A stretch of DNA of 64,000 nt from a phage, in assembly GCA_017822615.1 (NCBI GenBank), contig GCA_017822615.1_4530.1; one strand, given 5' to 3'. Position numbers and translations under genes: made by a program. This document shows positions 8,567 to 18,189 of this stretch, piece by piece; position 1 is the first letter of the stretch, and every line of letters starts with the position of its first letter. The notes under the pieces are model-generated. The model was not told the origin of the DNA and searched no databases. It saw only the letters and a list, made by a program, of their open reading frames with translations.

Positions 8567-8764
8567 ATGTTAGTCAGTGAAATACTACCTGACTCTAATG
8601 GTAATCAGATCACTATTGATTGGTTTCCTGGTACTGGTACACTAGATCTAACTGCTGAATGGTCTGGTGATATTTATGGAGAAGGTGTGTTATCATTGTC
8701 TACAGAACAAATGATCATCCTTCGTGACTTCTTAATTAGTTTAGATCTAGGAGAAAACAAATGA
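8567..8764 (+). CDS. hypothetical protein
   Basis: start moved to ATG 8567 (MLVSEIL...) after AGGAG RBS. Confidence 0.4.
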   Translation: MLVSEILPDSNGNQITIDWFPGTGTLDLTAEWSGDIYGEGVLSLSTEQMIILRDFLISLDLGENK

Positions 8765-9030
8765 GTAAAACTTCTGTTGAGTTTATCGAGAAATCCCCTG
8801 TTCCAAAGTTATACCGTTTATCTGAAATTGAACCTATGTCTGTTTTCTATTACTACAACTCAGAAGTAAATGAACAAGAACGGGACTACTACTTAGCTAC
8901 AGATACAGGTGCAGTTTGCTTAACAGGTTCTCGTGCAGGAGAATACATTGCAAATAGTCGTTTTAATGAAGCAGATTCCTGTTGGGCTAAGGTTGAAACT
9001 AAGATCGTCATCAACATCATCAATCATTAA
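8761..9030 (+). CDS. hypothetical protein
   Basis: 89 aa, ATGA overlap. Confidence 0.45.
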   Translation: MSKTSVEFIEKSPVPKLYRLSEIEPMSVFYYYNSEVNEQERDYYLATDTGAVCLTGSRAGEYIANSRFNEADSCWAKVETKIVINIINH

Positions 9031-9052
9031 GATTAATCTCACAAAGAGTTAC

Positions 9053-9082
9053 TTGACATGTGCAAAGCTCTTTGTGTAGAAT
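9053..9082 (+). promoter_or_regulatory. sigma70-like promoter flanked by 9-bp inverted repeat
   Basis: TTGACA (9053-9058) N18 TAGAAT (9077-9082); CACAAAGAG (9040-9048) and CTCTTTGTG (9068-9076) bracket the -35. Confidence 0.5.
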
Positions 9083-9112
9083 AAAGATTCACTTACTAAG
9101 GAGACTTTATAA

Positions 9113-9310
9113 ATGGCTACAAAGAAACAGAAAATGAAATGTCTTACTCTTACTGAACTGGGTCAAGCTTCCAACTGCGTTACTGTTGGTAAGATTTATT
9201 CTACAGTTCTTGATAAAGACAACAACAGTTTTACTTTCAAAGATGATAACGGAAACCCTCAAGTTGGAATCTACCCTTCCTGTGCTTTTGGTACTTGGGA
9301 AAAAGTGTAA
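9113..9310 (+). CDS. hypothetical protein
   Basis: 65 aa, AAGGAG RBS. Confidence 0.4.
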   Translation: MATKKQKMKCLTLTELGQASNCVTVGKIYSTVLDKDNNSFTFKDDNGNPQVGIYPSCAFGTWEKV

Positions 9311-9353
9311 CTAATTAGAGGGTATACTTGTAAACAAGATTAAGGAGGCATTT

Positions 9354-9527
9354 ATGGGAGATAAACAAAGTAACATCCGTTACGCGCTTTATGGAAGAAT
9401 GGGTGCAGATTGTGAATGGATGCTTCTGTCGCAACGTATACCCTCTTACAAAGAGGCTCTTGAAAAAAGAGACTATTATAAACAAACATGGCGTTTTGTC
9501 ATTTGTAAACACTATTTGGAGGCGTGA
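9354..9527 (+). CDS. small hypothetical protein (57 aa)
   Basis: not in track; AAGGAGG RBS at 9342-9348, ATG 9354, TGATG junction with next gene; replaces minus-strand shadow ORF 9315..9542. Confidence 0.35.
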   Translation: MGDKQSNIRYALYGRMGADCEWMLLSQRIPSYKEALEKRDYYKQTWRFVICKHYLEA

Positions 9528-9835
9528 TGAGTACATTATCATTAGCAGTTATGGTACATCAACAGTATGAAGAAGCTGTGAAAGATTCAGAAAACCCTTC
9601 TACATTGGTGTTTGAAGATCGGACTGGTCTTAAATGGGTAGAATCTTGTGGTGAACTTTACTTTTGGTATCCACAAGGTTGCACAAGTAATTCTAATCTG
9701 TATAGTTATGAATTGGAGTATCGTGCGCCTGTAGACGAAGATGATAATTACATCATGTATTATGTTAATAATGGTTGCGGTGAAATGTTTAATGTAGTAT
9801 TCTCTAAAGCCTTGAAGTCCGACGAGGAGATGTGA
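9527..9835 (+). CDS. hypothetical protein
   Basis: ATG at 9527 preferred over GTG 9524 because of GGAGG spacing. Confidence 0.45.
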   Translation: MSTLSLAVMVHQQYEEAVKDSENPSTLVFEDRTGLKWVESCGELYFWYPQGCTSNSNLYSYELEYRAPVDEDDNYIMYYVNNGCGEMFNVVFSKALKSDEEM

Positions 9836-10194
9836 TGAGAAAAGTGCTGTTTGCCTTGCTGTTATTAGCCTCTACTGGTGTTTTTGCTCGTGACGGCTTT
9901 AAGGTTGGGGCAGATCGCACTAAATTCTTCACATGGTTCGGAGGTGAAGCACTTTACCAAGACGGTAAAGATAAAATAAAATGTAAGTATGTAGAAACAT
10001 TAAAAGGTGTGGATGATTGGGGCGATGCTTATCAAGCAACAGGCTTCTCTTGTAAGAAACACCTTTACATTGTAGTAAAAGAGTTTCAAGATATAAATAA
10101 ACAACTTTTTATTTTAGTAGATCCTAGTAAATTTAATGAACGGGCAGCTTATGAAGTTGACATGTTCTTAGAATACAAGAAGGAGGAAAAATGA
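9832..10194 (+). CDS. secreted protein with signal peptide
   Basis: MMRKVLFALLLLASTGVFA signal peptide. Confidence 0.45.
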   Translation: MMRKVLFALLLLASTGVFARDGFKVGADRTKFFTWFGGEALYQDGKDKIKCKYVETLKGVDDWGDAYQATGFSCKKHLYIVVKEFQDINKQLFILVDPSKFNERAAYEVDMFLEYKKEEK

Positions 10195-10553
10195 GAGAAA
10201 CGATTGTAGATGTTGTTATTAATGGTCAACGTTATGTGCCTGTTGTAGATAAAGCTGAACCAGATGCTTTAGATGTTGTTTTTGAAGACGATGATCTTGG
10301 CACTGTTACTGTGCGTGAATATTTCAGACGACTGCTCTCTACACTTTGGGAAGAAGAAGACAGTTTCAGTGGAAAACGTCCTTTCGGTAATTCTTGTTGG
10401 CAGTTCGATTTGATTATTGGTTTGATCGATGCTGGGTACCTGGAAGGTAAAGTTTATCGTGACGAAGATGGTGGTATAGAAGATACCGACTATGATCGAG
10501 AAGAAGCAGATAAACTAATTCAAGGTCTGATCGCACGTATGTGTTTAGGTTAA
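10191..10553 (+). CDS. acidic hypothetical protein
   Basis: 120 aa, D/E-rich. Confidence 0.45.
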   Translation: MRETIVDVVINGQRYVPVVDKAEPDALDVVFEDDDLGTVTVREYFRRLLSTLWEEEDSFSGKRPFGNSCWQFDLIIGLIDAGYLEGKVYRDEDGGIEDTDYDREEADKLIQGLIARMCLG

Positions 10554-10554
10554 T

Positions 10555-10923
10555 ATGAAGGTATTAAACTTTTACCATTTAGGCAAAACAATCCCAGAAG
10601 GTGCTGTTTATATTGGTAGAGCAATGCCACACATGGGACTAAAAGCCTCCAAGTTTGCAAACCCTTTTAAGTTAAAAGATGATGAACCACGAGGATCAAC
10701 TATACAAAGGTATAAAGAGTGGTTGTGGGAGCAAATTCGTTGTGGTAAGATCACTCTTGAAGATTTATTAGAGCTAGAAGGGAAAGATTTAGTTTGCTTC
10801 TGCTCCCCTCAACCTTGTCATGGAGATGTATTGATAGCAGCCGTGGCTTGGGCTAGAAAAGAGTGGGACAAAAGGCATCCTACTTATGTAGACAATTATT
10901 GGATTTGGGAGGAGAATTTTTGA
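10555..10923 (+). CDS. DUF4326-like protein
   Basis: 122 aa; YIGR...FANPF...Y..WL...L..L.GK.L.C.C.P.PCHGDVL pattern recalled for DUF4326. Confidence 0.4.
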   Translation: MKVLNFYHLGKTIPEGAVYIGRAMPHMGLKASKFANPFKLKDDEPRGSTIQRYKEWLWEQIRCGKITLEDLLELEGKDLVCFCSPQPCHGDVLIAAVAWARKEWDKRHPTYVDNYWIWEENF

Positions 10924-11273
10924 AAAATATTATTGATGTAGATGTGTTTGGTATCACAACACTACAAGACAAACAAGCAACACTGTATTATCATAAAAAA
11001 GAGGACCAAGCTTACATCTACATCGGGGCAGAAAAGTTTGGTGTTGGAGATATGGTTTTAAATGTTGAAGGAGATCTTCCTTTAGAACAAAAGTTGAAAG
11101 TTTTTCGTTTCACAGGAGATGTTAAACTAGACGGCGTTATCGCAATCCTACAAGAAGACCATTATTATATGGTAACTTTCGTTACTCCTGCTTTCTCTGG
11201 CCTTAATGGAGAAGAAGCCCTTAACGATGTTATTATCTTAAAGATTGGTAATGCTCTAAACGATGTAAACTAA
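10920..11273 (+). CDS. hypothetical protein
   Basis: TTG start at 10920 after GGGAGGAG RBS; the track's 10863 start would overlap upstream gene by 60 nt. Confidence 0.35.
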   Translation: MKNIIDVDVFGITTLQDKQATLYYHKKEDQAYIYIGAEKFGVGDMVLNVEGDLPLEQKLKVFRFTGDVKLDGVIAILQEDHYYMVTFVTPAFSGLNGEEALNDVIILKIGNALNDVN

Positions 11274-11283
11274 AGGAGGGAGT

Positions 11284-11793
11284 ATGTTCTTTGATGCAAA
11301 TTCTCTTTTTGTATCTACAGCAGGGCAATCTGCTGTTAATGCAGAATTTGAGGAAAGAGAAGAATGGATTGATAATCACAACTATGATCCAAGTAATTTA
11401 AACTGGTGCAGTTTGGATGTTGGTAATCTTAGTAGAGATAATGCACTTAGAGCATACTACTCTGTATATACTGTTGACAATCTTTATCAATACTATGTGT
11501 TTCGTAGTCTTATTGTTAATCTTAATTTAGCTGGACGTTTAAAGAACAATAAGGCATTCACATTGGGACATTATATTCCCTTCCGTAAAGGTGGTGTGCA
11601 TTTTCCATGTAATTGGATTATTCAAACACGAAAAGAAAACAGTTTAGCAGGAGATACCATGCCAAGATTTAAAGATAAGTGGACATGGGAAAAACAAATG
11701 GGATACATTAATGCACATTTGCCACCTAATCTAAAAGAACCTTATGCCAGCAGAGCTAAGGAAATGATGAGGATTGTCAAGAGTTTTTATTAA
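11284..11793 (+). CDS. hypothetical protein
   Basis: 169 aa, GGAGGGAG RBS. Confidence 0.45.
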   Translation: MFFDANSLFVSTAGQSAVNAEFEEREEWIDNHNYDPSNLNWCSLDVGNLSRDNALRAYYSVYTVDNLYQYYVFRSLIVNLNLAGRLKNNKAFTLGHYIPFRKGGVHFPCNWIIQTRKENSLAGDTMPRFKDKWTWEKQMGYINAHLPPNLKEPYASRAKEMMRIVKSFY

Positions 11794-11807
11794 GAGAGGA
11801 GAAATAC

Positions 11808-13400
11808 GTGTCTACACAGTTGAGTTTTACACCTACCGACGAACAATACGCTATTGAAAGTGGGTATCAAGAAAATCGTTTCGTTACAATTCAAGCTAAA
11901 TCCGGGTCAGGTAAAACGTCAACACTGTATATGTTGGCTAATGGCACAAATGATAGTATTCTATACTTGGCGTTTAACAAAAGTATGGCAGAGGAAGCTC
12001 GACGTAAAATGCCGCCTAATGTTATGTGCCGAACGCTACATTCAATCTGTTACCAGCGTCTTCCACAAAACCTTCGACACAAATTGTCTCGTCCAGAAGG
12101 TCAATATGTTAACGTAGCTGGAACTGGTAGTGAGATTGCCAAAAAATTCAAGATTCAGAATTTGATTGATAAGAATGGTAAAGTGCTACTGACTCGTGCA
12201 ATGATCGGGTTAATGGTAAAACAAACTTTAGCTAAATATGAGTTTTCTGACGATGAACATATTGGACATAAACATTTTCCTAAAGTGCATATGTCAGATC
12301 TTAAACGTAAGAACATCAACGAACAAAAACTTATTAATGAAGTTGTTAAATATGCGAAGCAACTTTGGCGTGAGCGTATTGATCCTAAATCAGAAACCAT
12401 TATGACTCATGACACCTATGTGAAACTCTTTGAATTGAGTAAAGAAGATTTAGGATACGATATTATTTTTGGAGATGAATTCCAGGATGTTAACCCTGCA
12501 TTCCTGTCTATCCTTCGCAATGCTAAATCGGCTAAACGTATTGTTGTTGTGGGTGATGAATTTCAGAGTATTTATCAGTTCCGTGGAAGCCAGAACATGA
12601 TGAAGCAAACGGCTACATATGGGGTTGAGTTGCCTCTGACAGCTTGTTTTCGCTTTGGTCCTAAAGTTGCGGACATTGCCAATGCGATCCTTTCTGATCG
12701 CTCACCTCTGAAGCATCCGCTGGTAGGCAAAGGTTATGATACTGTCACTGGAAGTTTTCATTCTGATGTGGTAGATTATAGTAAACCTTACACCATTATT
12801 TTCCGTAAGAATTTGACCCTGTTGCTCGAAGCTATGGATCGAATCGCTAACGGAGAAGAGATTATTATTAACGTAGATACCAAAGATTTCATTTCTATGG
12901 TTGATAGTGTTAATGCTTTACGTAGAGGTGATTTGGACAAAGTTAAGCATGAGACAGTTCTACCTTACACTTCTTGGGAAGAATTTGTAGAGTGTGCAGA
13001 ATCAGATCCTGATGCAAAACGACTTTTAAACATTGTTGTTTCTGGTAAAGCTAATAATATTGCATACACTTTACGTATGCACCGTAACTCTCCAACGGCT
13101 AAAGTTACTTTAACTACAGCCCACAAATCAAAAGGTTTGGAATGGGATCAGGTTATTGTTGCAAATGACTTCCCTTCTAATTACGATAAGAAGGGTGAGT
13201 GGGTAGGTCTTGAAGAATCAGAACGAAATCTTCTGTATGTTGCACATACACGTTGTATTAAATGTCTGCAATGGAACCGAACTGTTCAAGAGATTTTAGA
13301 CATGCATCGTTTAGGTAAGAGCACGGCTCCTGTATCTGAAGAAGATAAGCTTATAGCTGCCCTTGCTCGTAAGATTAATCAAATCAGAGAGGATCGTTAA
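11808..13400 (+). CDS. SF1 DNA helicase (UvrD/Rep-like)
   Basis: Walker A AKSGSGKTST, motif II FGDEFQD, motif III VVVGDEFQSIYQFRG, C-terminal TAHKSKGLEWDQVIV. Confidence 0.75.
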   Translation: MSTQLSFTPTDEQYAIESGYQENRFVTIQAKSGSGKTSTLYMLANGTNDSILYLAFNKSMAEEARRKMPPNVMCRTLHSICYQRLPQNLRHKLSRPEGQYVNVAGTGSEIAKKFKIQNLIDKNGKVLLTRAMIGLMVKQTLAKYEFSDDEHIGHKHFPKVHMSDLKRKNINEQKLINEVVKYAKQLWRERIDPKSETIMTHDTYVKLFELSKEDLGYDIIFGDEFQDVNPAFLSILRNAKSAKRIVVVGDEFQSIYQFRGSQNMMKQTATYGVELPLTACFRFGPKVADIANAILSDRSPLKHPLVGKGYDTVTGSFHSDVVDYSKPYTIIFRKNLTLLLEAMDRIANGEEIIINVDTKDFISMVDSVNALRRGDLDKVKHETVLPYTSWEEFVECAESDPDAKRLLNIVVSGKANNIAYTLRMHRNSPTAKVTLTTAHKSKGLEWDQVIVANDFPSNYDKKGEWVGLEESERNLLYVAHTRCIKCLQWNRTVQEILDMHRLGKSTAPVSEEDKLIAALARKINQIREDR

Positions 13401-13652
13401 ATGGCAGGGTATCACATAACAGACATTAAGAAACAACCTTATGGCAGCATAGAAAAGATTAAAGAGGAAGTAGAAGAACTTTTTGATGCTGTTGAGCAGG
13501 ATTGCAAAATAATGCAACTTGTTGAATTGTCAGATATTATAGGGGCTGTCGAGGGAGTTTTAGAACAACAGTTCCCAGATATGACTTTACAAGATTTAAT
13601 CATTATGTCCAACATTACTAAACGCGCTTTCCGCACAGGAGGAAGGTCATGA
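13401..13652 (+). CDS. MazG-like NTP pyrophosphohydrolase (small)
   Basis: 83 aa; EKIKEEVEELFDAVEQD resembles the MazG E-x-x-E-x-x-E-x-x-D metal-binding helix. Confidence 0.35.
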   Translation: MAGYHITDIKKQPYGSIEKIKEEVEELFDAVEQDCKIMQLVELSDIIGAVEGVLEQQFPDMTLQDLIIMSNITKRAFRTGGRS

Positions 13653-14206
13653 ACACAGGTGTGATTGCCGAAGCCATCCAGAGTTATGGACGCTTTGCTG
13701 AAATGTTAGATGTTCCTTATTTAGTGGATGCAGATATTTTGGCATTCACACTGCCACCTGGCAAAGAAGATGCTCCTTTGGGGCATCCTAATGGGAAGTT
13801 TTATGTTGCCAGTGCCGAGCAATCATTCTTGCAAATGGAAAAGGATGGCTACGAGTTTATCGCTGGTCATCCCTACATGGCCCTGACACCATGTTACCGC
13901 ACAGAGGAAGTGTTGGATGATTCTCACTTCAACATCTTCTTGAAGCTGGAGTTGATTGAGTTCTATCCCAGCTTTGGTGAAGTGAAAGAGTATGCCGAAG
14001 AAATGCGATACTTCTTCTGGACCTACTACAAAGTCCAAACAAGAATTGTAGAAACAGAAATAGGGCTTGACGTGGAAGACATGAATGGTTTAGAATTAGG
14101 GTCATTCGGAACAAGATTGTCCCCACAAGGTCATCCATATATTTATGCAACAGCCATAGCCGAACCTCGTGCATCTATGGCAATTAACAGGAGGAATCAT
14201 GATTAA
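13649..14206 (+). CDS. hypothetical protein
   Basis: 185 aa. Confidence 0.45.
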   Translation: MNTGVIAEAIQSYGRFAEMLDVPYLVDADILAFTLPPGKEDAPLGHPNGKFYVASAEQSFLQMEKDGYEFIAGHPYMALTPCYRTEEVLDDSHFNIFLKLELIEFYPSFGEVKEYAEEMRYFFWTYYKVQTRIVETEIGLDVEDMNGLELGSFGTRLSPQGHPYIYATAIAEPRASMAINRRNHD

Positions 14207-15584
14207 TAAATTTGCCCGTAAACAGGAAGTTGCTGAAGCAGCACGTCGCGCTGGTGTGTATGACAAATTGTGTGAAGGTATTGTGAAGGTGTATGGCTGG
14301 GAGGGAGAAGATGATCCAACCTGTTCAGGTGATTTTGCAATGAACGATATGACCTTCCCATATATTTCCTACAATGCCTCCACTGGTGAAATAAACGGTG
14401 TAACCAGCACCAGTGTTGATCGTTATCCAGACGCAGAACAAACCACAGGAGGTTACATGTTAGATTTGATTCTTAAGAAATCAGGGTTATTGGGAATCGA
14501 AGACGTTTTCGTAGATGCAGATAGTTTATCATTAGGAGATGTTGTTAAACTACTGGTAGACTTTAGATTTGCAACAGGTAAAAGCTTCTGGAAGCCAGAA
14601 GATGCTGAACGTTTGAAGACAATCGATCCAAGTATGTATGAACTGCCACAATATAAAGATAAACAATTCCGCAAGGTTATCTTCTTTGATCGTCAAGCAG
14701 GCTTAGATGCAATGCATATTGAAGTTGGGGATTTACCACGCCCACACTCTGCTGCTACTGGTGATCGCGGCCTTGTAGAAGTCACGGCTCAAGAATTTAA
14801 AAATATGTTTGCTGCGAAATACGATGAAGCTGCGCCTGTGCCAAGTATTGAGGAGCAAGAGGAAGAACAGTTTGTAGCGGAAGATACTGCATTTGAATAT
14901 CTGCCGAACACAGGTGTTATGCCTTCGGAAGATTTCGTGCAGGTTCGCTTCAACAATGGTCAAACAGATGTTGCTAAGGGAACAGTATTCACTTGGAATA
15001 TCGACAATCTGGAAGAGTGGGCGATTAAAGAATACTTCATTCTCCCGCGCACGGCAAAATACAACTATAATAATGGTGGACACCGCCCTTGTGGTGGTCA
15101 CGTAGAAGTTCTCTTTCGTGACGGAACTACGGATAGTGGATCGGCTACGCATTTCACTTGGGGTCATGTTGGATATGATCGGGATATTGTTGGTTGGCTT
15201 CCAACTAACAACCCTAAACCACGTTACCGTAAGCCTCGTAAGAAGCCTCCGGTAGGTAAGAAGAGTGTCGTTCGTGTCCTCTACACTACGCAACAGACCT
15301 ACACATTTAAAAATGTGGTAGACGTGCAAGTAACCGAGGAGCGAGTTTATATCCAATATGATCGTGAAGTTACAGAGGGTATCAAAGAATCGGTTACTAC
15401 CGAAATTGAAAATAAGCTTGTTATGGCAATCATTGTGGAAGAAAGTAAAGTAGAGAACGGTAAAGCCTATACTGTTCGTGATAGCTTCTTGCGTAATATC
15501 GATGGAACCTGGGATTACAATGGACACGATGGGACCGCTGTGAAGAACGGTAAGATCATGGGAAGACAATTCCTCTCCAAATGA
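14199..15584 (+). CDS. hypothetical protein
   Basis: start moved to ATG 14199 (MINKFARKQ...) after AGGAGG; 461 aa, no recognised motif. Confidence 0.45.
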   Translation: MINKFARKQEVAEAARRAGVYDKLCEGIVKVYGWEGEDDPTCSGDFAMNDMTFPYISYNASTGEINGVTSTSVDRYPDAEQTTGGYMLDLILKKSGLLGIEDVFVDADSLSLGDVVKLLVDFRFATGKSFWKPEDAERLKTIDPSMYELPQYKDKQFRKVIFFDRQAGLDAMHIEVGDLPRPHSAATGDRGLVEVTAQEFKNMFAAKYDEAAPVPSIEEQEEEQFVAEDTAFEYLPNTGVMPSEDFVQVRFNNGQTDVAKGTVFTWNIDNLEEWAIKEYFILPRTAKYNYNNGGHRPCGGHVEVLFRDGTTDSGSATHFTWGHVGYDRDIVGWLPTNNPKPRYRKPRKKPPVGKKSVVRVLYTTQQTYTFKNVVDVQVTEERVYIQYDREVTEGIKESVTTEIENKLVMAIIVEESKVENGKAYTVRDSFLRNIDGTWDYNGHDGTAVKNGKIMGRQFLSK

Positions 15585-15592
15585 TAAAACTT

Positions 15593-15617
15593 AAAGGCGC
15601 ACTTTGCGCCTTTTTTG
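15593..15617 (+). terminator. rho-independent terminator
   Basis: AAAGGCGCA-ctt-TGCGCCTTT then TTTTTT. Confidence 0.6.
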
Positions 15618-15687
15618 ATTTCCCTCAAAGCTTTTTTCGGTTGAAAGAGGTAGAATAATAGTTCTACTCACAAAATAAGGATTAATA

Positions 15688-17502
15688 ATGAAAGATTTGT
15701 ACCAAGATGTTTTTTCTTTTTTAGATCGCACTTCAGAAACATACACTAGAGAGAATGCAAACAAACCTTCCCACCTTGTTAACACGCACAGGGATCTCTT
15801 GGCGGGGATTTTAAGCAAACATATGGCAATGACACAGATACTGCCAAAAAACTTGTCAGAATGGCATACAGAAGGTTTTGGACATATTCACGACTTGGAT
15901 TATCTGCTCTCTCCTCTTACAAACTGTTGTCTTGTTAATTATCAAGATATGTTAGAGAATGGTTTTAAGATCGGTGCTGCACAGATAGAAAAACCAAAAT
16001 CTATTGGAGTAGCTACTACAGTGCTAACTCAAATCATCCAAGCTGTTGCCTCCAGTCAGTATGGAGGTCAGACGTGTGCGCACATTGATAAAGGTCTTAG
16101 TCCTTATGTTGAAGCCAGTTTCCTTAAAAACATGGAGATAACCAAACGTCGCTACGGTTGTTATGCAAGGAAAGAAGCCCTAGAAATGACCGAACAAGAT
16201 GTATATGACGCTATGCAAACTCTTTTGTATCAGGTTAACACTTTAATGAGTGTTAATGGACAATCTCCTTTTATTACAATCAGTATGGGTCTGGATACCT
16301 CTGTTTTTGGCAGAATGATCACAGCTAACTATCTTAAAGTGCATAGTAACGGTCTAGGTAAAGATCATGTAACGCCTGTATTCCCTAAAGTTATTTTCTT
16401 TTTACAAGAAGGTGTTAACATGAAACCTAGTGATCCTAACTACGACCTTAAGCAACAAGCTTTGGCATGTTGTGCTGATCGTATTTATCCAGATTTTATT
16501 TCTGTTCCTTTGAACAAAGAAGTTACGGGATCAGCAGATGGTACCGTTACGAGTATGGGTTGTCGTTCCTTTTTGTCGTACTATGCCACCGAACAAGGAG
16601 AAAAATATGATGGACGATTCAACCTTGGAGTAGTTTCTATCAACTTGCCTCTGATTGCTGCGGAAGCGAGAAGTAAAGGAGAATCTTTCACCGATCTTCT
16701 TAATAAACATATGGAGATAGCCTACGATGCTCACATGCTACGTGTAAACCGTATCAGACATACCAAAGCATCTGAAAACCCTATTCTTTTCATGGAAGGG
16801 GCTTTAGCGCGTTTAAATGCCAACGATGAAATTGGTGCTTTGTTTGAAGGTGGTTATGCTTCTATTAGTATTGGTTATGTAGGTCTTGCCGAAGCTTTGG
16901 AAATCCTTTATCCAGAGGAAAAAGATAAAAAGGAACTAGGTAAAAACATTCTGCAACATATGAAAGATGTGTGTGCTGTGTTTAAAGAACGATCTAAGTT
17001 GGCATTTAGTCTTTATGGAACTCCAGCAGAATCCTTGTGCTATAAATTTGCAACAGCTTTAAATGAAAAATATCCAGGTCTGGTAGAAAGAGACTATCTT
17101 ACTAATTCTTTTCATCAACCTGTATGGTTGGTAACAAATCCTTTTGAAAAATGGGATTATGAAGCAGGTTTTGCACAGATTAGCAATGGTGGTAACATAA
17201 GTTATGTCGAAACACCAAACTTAAAGAATAACTTAGAAGCTTTGGAGACTTTAGTAGACTACGCTTATGAACATATTCACTATTTTGGTATTAATCAGCC
17301 CGTGGATCAATGCTTTAAGTGTGGTTTTCATGGAGAATTTAAGGCAACGGCTAAAGGGTTTGAGTGTCCTAATTGTGGCAACCATGAAGAAGAAACTATT
17401 TCTGTAGTTAGACGTGTATCAGGGTATCTTTCTGCCCCTAATTCACGGCCTTATAACAAAGGTAAAATGCAGGAAGTTTTGCAAAGGGAGAAACATCTTT
17501 GA
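15688..17502 (+). CDS. nrdD: anaerobic ribonucleoside-triphosphate reductase
   Basis: 604 aa; C-terminal Zn ribbon CFKCG...CPNCG followed by glycyl-radical motif RRVSGYL. Confidence 0.85.
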   Translation: MKDLYQDVFSFLDRTSETYTRENANKPSHLVNTHRDLLAGILSKHMAMTQILPKNLSEWHTEGFGHIHDLDYLLSPLTNCCLVNYQDMLENGFKIGAAQIEKPKSIGVATTVLTQIIQAVASSQYGGQTCAHIDKGLSPYVEASFLKNMEITKRRYGCYARKEALEMTEQDVYDAMQTLLYQVNTLMSVNGQSPFITISMGLDTSVFGRMITANYLKVHSNGLGKDHVTPVFPKVIFFLQEGVNMKPSDPNYDLKQQALACCADRIYPDFISVPLNKEVTGSADGTVTSMGCRSFLSYYATEQGEKYDGRFNLGVVSINLPLIAAEARSKGESFTDLLNKHMEIAYDAHMLRVNRIRHTKASENPILFMEGALARLNANDEIGALFEGGYASISIGYVGLAEALEILYPEEKDKKELGKNILQHMKDVCAVFKERSKLAFSLYGTPAESLCYKFATALNEKYPGLVERDYLTNSFHQPVWLVTNPFEKWDYEAGFAQISNGGNISYVETPNLKNNLEALETLVDYAYEHIHYFGINQPVDQCFKCGFHGEFKATAKGFECPNCGNHEEETISVVRRVSGYLSAPNSRPYNKGKMQEVLQREKHL

Positions 17503-17969
17503 ATTTTGCAGGATATGAACCTGTAGATCTTATTAATGGTGAGGGAGTTAGGTGCTCCCTCTGGGTTAGTGGTTGTAGCCACGGTTGTCGTGGCTGTTTT
17601 AACCAGAAAGCCTGGTCTTATTCTTATGGGAAACCGTTCACTAACGAAAATGTAGAGCAAGTTTTAAAAGATTTGTCAAGACCGTTTGTAAAAGGTTTAA
17701 CAATTTTAGGAGGAGAACCATTAGATCCGCAGAATATTTACAATGTTAAAAACCTTATAGAAAAGGTTAGAGACGTTTATGGGTCAAGCAAAGATATAAT
17801 GGTGTATACAGGATATACTTTTGAGGAAGTGCCTTTGTATATTAAAAATCTTGTTGACATTATTGTAGACGGAAAGTATGAAATAAACAATCCAACCACA
17901 AAACCTTTCAGAGGGTCAGATAATCAAAGATTATGGACCAAAACGGCGAGTGGTTGGCAATCAGATTAG
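17499..17969 (+). CDS. nrdG: anaerobic RNR activating enzyme (radical SAM)
   Basis: CSLWVSGCSHGCRGCFN cysteine cluster; ATGA overlap with nrdD. Confidence 0.8.
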   Translation: MNFAGYEPVDLINGEGVRCSLWVSGCSHGCRGCFNQKAWSYSYGKPFTNENVEQVLKDLSRPFVKGLTILGGEPLDPQNIYNVKNLIEKVRDVYGSSKDIMVYTGYTFEEVPLYIKNLVDIIVDGKYEINNPTTKPFRGSDNQRLWTKTASGWQSD

Positions 17970-17982
17970 CGTAGGAGGTTTT

Positions 17983-18174
17983 ATGGTTACATATTTTGCT
18001 GTAGGAGATAGGGTAGGGACGGCAGGAGAACTTTTGAAGAACAGTGATCGGGACGTTAAGGACATTCTTGCAACCCTTGTGGATATTTTACAAAGAAAAG
18101 AGTTGCTTTCTGATCGAGATGTTGCTAAATTACTTGATATCGGAGGAGATGAACTTCAAAGACTTCCATTTTAA
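17983..18174 (+). CDS. hypothetical protein
   Basis: start moved to ATG 17983 after GTAGGAGG RBS. Confidence 0.35.
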   Translation: MVTYFAVGDRVGTAGELLKNSDRDVKDILATLVDILQRKELLSDRDVAKLLDIGGDELQRLPF

Positions 18175-18189
18175 GTGAGGAGATAAGTA

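Noticed and set aside
14733-15569. 278-aa minus-strand ORF inside the rightward operon
   Set aside because: Antisense to a well-supported plus-strand gene, low-complexity translation, no RBS; shadow ORF. The same reasoning applies to 6615..7121, 9315..9542, 19734..20174, 27999..28553, 40950..41492 and other minus-strand track ORFs between 6717 and 41705.
15611-15687. T4-type middle (MotA box) or late (TATAAATA) promoter upstream of nrdD and the tail genes
   Set aside because: Only partial matches (AAAGCTTTT, TATATATAGG); not convincing without a known cognate regulator in this phage.
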